In this document: piece after piece, positions 60,801 through 64,000 of the stretch
Layout of the letters: every line of letters starts with the position of its first letter
How positions within the stretch are numbered: position 1 is the first letter of the stretch
Source: Oikopleura dioica
Taxonomy: Eukaryota > Animalia > Chordata
Length of the DNA: 64,000 bases
Direction: 5' to 3'
Assembly (NCBI GenBank): GCA_907165135.1
Contig: OU015566.1
Span: 13,764,001 to 13,828,000, forward strand
Translations under genes and position numbers: made by a program
Notes under the pieces: generated by a model
The model's input: the letters and a program-made list of their open reading frames with translations, nothing else
Told to the model about the DNA's origin: nothing
The model's database searches: none

Positions 60801-62259
60801 TATCACGCCGTAGGTTGGGAGAGCTGTTATCGGTCAAAATAATCATCGTATTAATAAAATTTAATAGAAAGGTGTTTGTTTGTTTCAGACCATTTTCAAA
60901 TGACAACGACCGGAAAAACAGTCGTCTCTTTTTCCTCGTTTCGGATGGTTATTTCGTGGGTTCCAATAGACGATCCGAAATGAAACGCAAAATCAGGAGA
61001 CCTAGATAAGAGTTACTGCATGAGCTTTTTCCATTCAATGTACCTGTCGAAAATACGATTTTCAATAAACAAAGAAGTGGTTCCATTTTCTCGAACGCGC
61101 ATCAAACTTCCTCGCTGATCGACCAAGTAGTGTTCGCCATTGAGAAATGTAGCGCCGATTGACTTTTATCGTTTTGAATAATTGATGATTTTGAAGCATA
61201 AAATTCATGCGTAAAGATATCAAAAACGTTCATAATGGTCGAAGAGAACCTCGATGCTACTATTGCTCTTTGTGGTTTGAATTCCTGAAAAATCAAACAA
61301 TACTACAGCTTGTTTCTTCGCCTTGGCTTGTTTCATTCCATTCCGAGATTTTACAACCCGACGATAATCACCATTTTTCAAGTCAAAAGCGGGGACTAAT
61401 TTTTGATCGTTTTCAGTCTTTTCGCATTTATAAAAGGGACAAGGACATCCGTTCTTGCAATATTTCTCTGTGGGACAAACTGCTCCCGACGATTTGAAGG
61501 ACCTTGTCAACTCGAAGCAAATGGACTCGCAGGGCGTGATCGAGTGAGTCCTTGTTGATTTCAAAATGAGTGTGTTGGCGCAAAGATGGCGGCATACTTT
61601 TTGGTCGAGAAACCTTTTCTTTTTGCAGCGGCGCAGATTTACTTGATTATCTTCTTCTGAGAACTTGAGCGGAGTAGCTTTTGCCTGTTCGATTATGGAA
61701 ACGGGCTTTGGAAGGATGAATTCTTCAGTTGCGTGGCACTGCTTCATCAGATGGCCGCAAAGGTCCATCGATTCGATTTGGATGCATCGTTTGTAGCTTC
61801 GATGACAAGTTGAAGTCAGGAAAGTCGTTTGAAGCTTTGATTGTTCCAAAGAGGCGAAATTCGCTAAATCATTGTATTAAATTCATGACCGGGAACTGAT
61901 TGTATTTACCAATGAGCACGATCGTCATCCAAAAAATTCCGCCAAGTAAGGTATAAGTATATTTTTGCTTATTTGTGGCGAATCCATGCTGCGAAAGACT
62001 GATATTTTTGTTGATCTTTTTCTTCCATGTTCTCTTTTTCTTCAAACCAGCTTCTTGCGTATTAATGCTCCGGGTAGAGAGCACTTCTTCGGTGAAAAGA
62101 ATGACTTGGTCGCCGACTTTTCGCAAAGTTCCGAAACATTTGCAGTCCAGGCACTTTGATTTTTTTTTTGAATAGACGTTAACTACGCGATTTTACCTGT
62201 ATTTCGAGATTGCTAAACGTATTAAAATTGTTGTCTGTTTCTTCCTCAAAAATATCCAT
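57863..62259 (-). CDS. Type II membrane Cys-rich / beta-propeller protein (paralog B)
   Basis: Collinear with paralog A (TSTCHRSYKRC, DKCYYYAPDYNLNRFETAQGYIASNHFN, HVASNPFFAFHDDVFP, HALVNGQLYLFGG); last exon ...RPIVFFTTINYCSA*. Confidence 0.78.
58654..59005. mobile_element. piggyBac-like MITE hosting a nested hAT MITE
   Basis: TTAA-CCCGTTGCCGAGC...GCTCGGAAACGGG-TTAA. Confidence 0.8.
58733..58966. mobile_element. hAT MITE (GCTCA family), nested
   Basis: Perfect TIR CAGAGTTGCAAATTT / AAATTTGCAACTCTG; 8-bp TSD GCGTAGAA. Confidence 0.9.
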
Positions 62260-62648
62260 TTTCGGTGTTGTCTCTCTACTTCAAAACTGTCTTTTGAGTT
62301 GACAAGGAAAGTTCATTCTTAGACGCGAGTGGAGTTAGAAAAAGGTCAAATCTCGTAGTTACGACGTTTTGGCAGTTCGTCGTGTTCTTCGAGTCTCAAA
62401 AGTAAGCTTTATTCTCATCCATGACTTTTTGATTCTCAAAAAATAGTGGAACAGTCCTTCTTTTCGTCAGTTTTTGTCGAATTTTCAAAATAATCTTTTT
62501 CGCATCCATGACTTTTATCTTAAAAAAAATGGAGCACTCTTGCTTTTATTGAGAAATTTTGATAAATGTTTTTGAAATTATCGTGAATTGAAGTTGAACT
62601 AAGGAGCTTTTTTATTTGATTTTGCAGAAGAAGGGAGAAATGAATATT

Positions 62649-64000
62649 TTACGCGTCGCAATAGTTGATAGGTGTGAGGAACAGAATCGGTCGATAATAA
62701 GAGTTTTCGTGAAAGCCGACTATGTCCACGGAAACAATCGTTTCATCTTCGTCTTTTTGATCAGTTGACGACATTTTTCATTAACTGTCCATAGCAGAGT
62801 TCCGAATCACTTCACTTTAACTTTGAAGAAAAGTTGCTATGGAAAAATCGCTTCATGACAATTTTGAAGTAGAGTGAAGTGATTTTTTTTCTTTAAAATT
62901 GAAGTGAAGTGAAGTGAAGTTATTTTGCACAACTTCAGCAATTATCAAAGTGAAGTGAAGTGATTTTTTGATCCCGGAAAATTAGAGTGAAGTGAAGTGA
63001 AGTTAAATTTAAGACTTCAATATCTGAAGTGAAGTGAAGTGAAGTTAAAAAATCACTATATTCTATTTTGAAGTAAAGTGAAGTGAAGTTACTTTTTTAA
63101 AAAAATCTTCACTTTAACTTCAAAGGTAACTTTCGTGAAGTTGAAGTGAAGTTATTCGGAACTCTGGTCCATAGTAGTACTTCTCAACTGTTCCTATCTG
63201 AATACGTTGAATGCCACGAACACTATGGCTGTTTCCGGGAAAGATATAAACAGTGTTGTCCGCGACAATTCCTGATCCGTTATTCACTGACTTGAAAAAG
63301 AAAGTTAACAGTTTAAAAATTTAAATAAGAATTCTCACCTTTAGTAAATTTTTCATTTTTATCCATTTAGACTCGATTCCTTCGGATGGTTTTGAAAGAA
63401 ACCAAGTTTCCTTCAGATGTTCTCGCGTACATGCATCATTACCTCCTAACGTAGCTATTGATTCAGATGGCAATCCGACAACGACATGTCGTTCGATACA
63501 TCTTAACATACATGATGATTGATATGAATGAAATCTAATGAAATAACCTTGGATGAAATGCAAGTTCTTCCCAGCCATTTTCAGTCAATATTTCAGTAAA
63601 TCCTCTGTTTGGATAAGGATAATCTTGACCACCGACTGCTGTGGGCCCTCCATGATAAAGGCCCATCTCGCCCATCCAATGCCCGCTTTTGCTTCGAAAA
63701 CTTGCTTTTCAACAACTGTTCCATTGAACGTGTCGCAGCTCTTGTAGCCAACAGAGTCGAAACAAATAAGAGCTAAAACTCCTTCAAACAATCAACAATC
63801 GTACGGTACCTTTCGTTCCCTTTGAAATGGAGACAGCTGCGCTTTCACCAGTAAACTTTCTGTGCAGGCGGTTTTGAAGACGCGTAAAGCTGCATTCGTC
63901 AACCTTGAGAATCTAAAAAACATGGTTAAGAACATAATATTCGTCAAACTTTACAATTTGTTCATCTTTTTTGCCGCCAAACAAGTGAAGTTGCCCATTC
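62649..64000 (-). CDS. 3' part of a fourth propeller-family paralog (D), truncated by the window end
   Basis: GLPSESIATLGG, SGIVADNTVYIFPGN, last exon ...YRPILFLTPINYCDA*; strongly similar to the paralog B tail. Confidence 0.7.
62795..63166. mobile_element. hAT MITE with GAAGT pentamer arrays (last intron of paralog D)
   Basis: TIR CAGAGTTCCGAAT / ATTCGGAACTCTG; 8-bp TSD GTCCATAG. Confidence 0.9.

Noticed and set aside
1-64000. tRNA, rRNA or SL RNA genes
   Set aside because: No cloverleaf, T-loop or SL sequence recognised by eye; a covariance-model scan would be needed to exclude them.

Overview
This is AT-rich, gene-dense eukaryotic DNA with very short introns (about 40-100 nt), several of them non-canonical (GA-AG, GC-AG). 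That architecture fits the appendicularian tunicate Oikopleura dioica (inference, no database search). Genes: two tandem Zn-finger/coiled-coil(/RING) paralogs, a secreted heme peroxidase with a poly-Thr mucin stalk, an NR1-type nuclear receptor with a shortened ligand-binding domain, prohibitin PHB1, the splicing helicase DHX8/Prp22, a secreted EF-hand protein, an EGR-like C2H2 factor, four paralogs of a Cys-rich/beta-propeller family, a type I sulfatase, a C1q-domain protein, two membrane proteins and a 63-aa peptide precursor. Many non-autonomous DNA transposons are present (hAT, piggyBac-like, TTAA/Kolobok-like, MULE-like), some nested. The most striking feature is a Penelope-like retroelement (54937-57234) with 201-bp inverted terminal repeats, each containing a minimal hammerhead ribozyme. 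It inserted exactly on a host 3' splice site and duplicated it. All gene models were spliced by eye, so exon boundaries are provisional.
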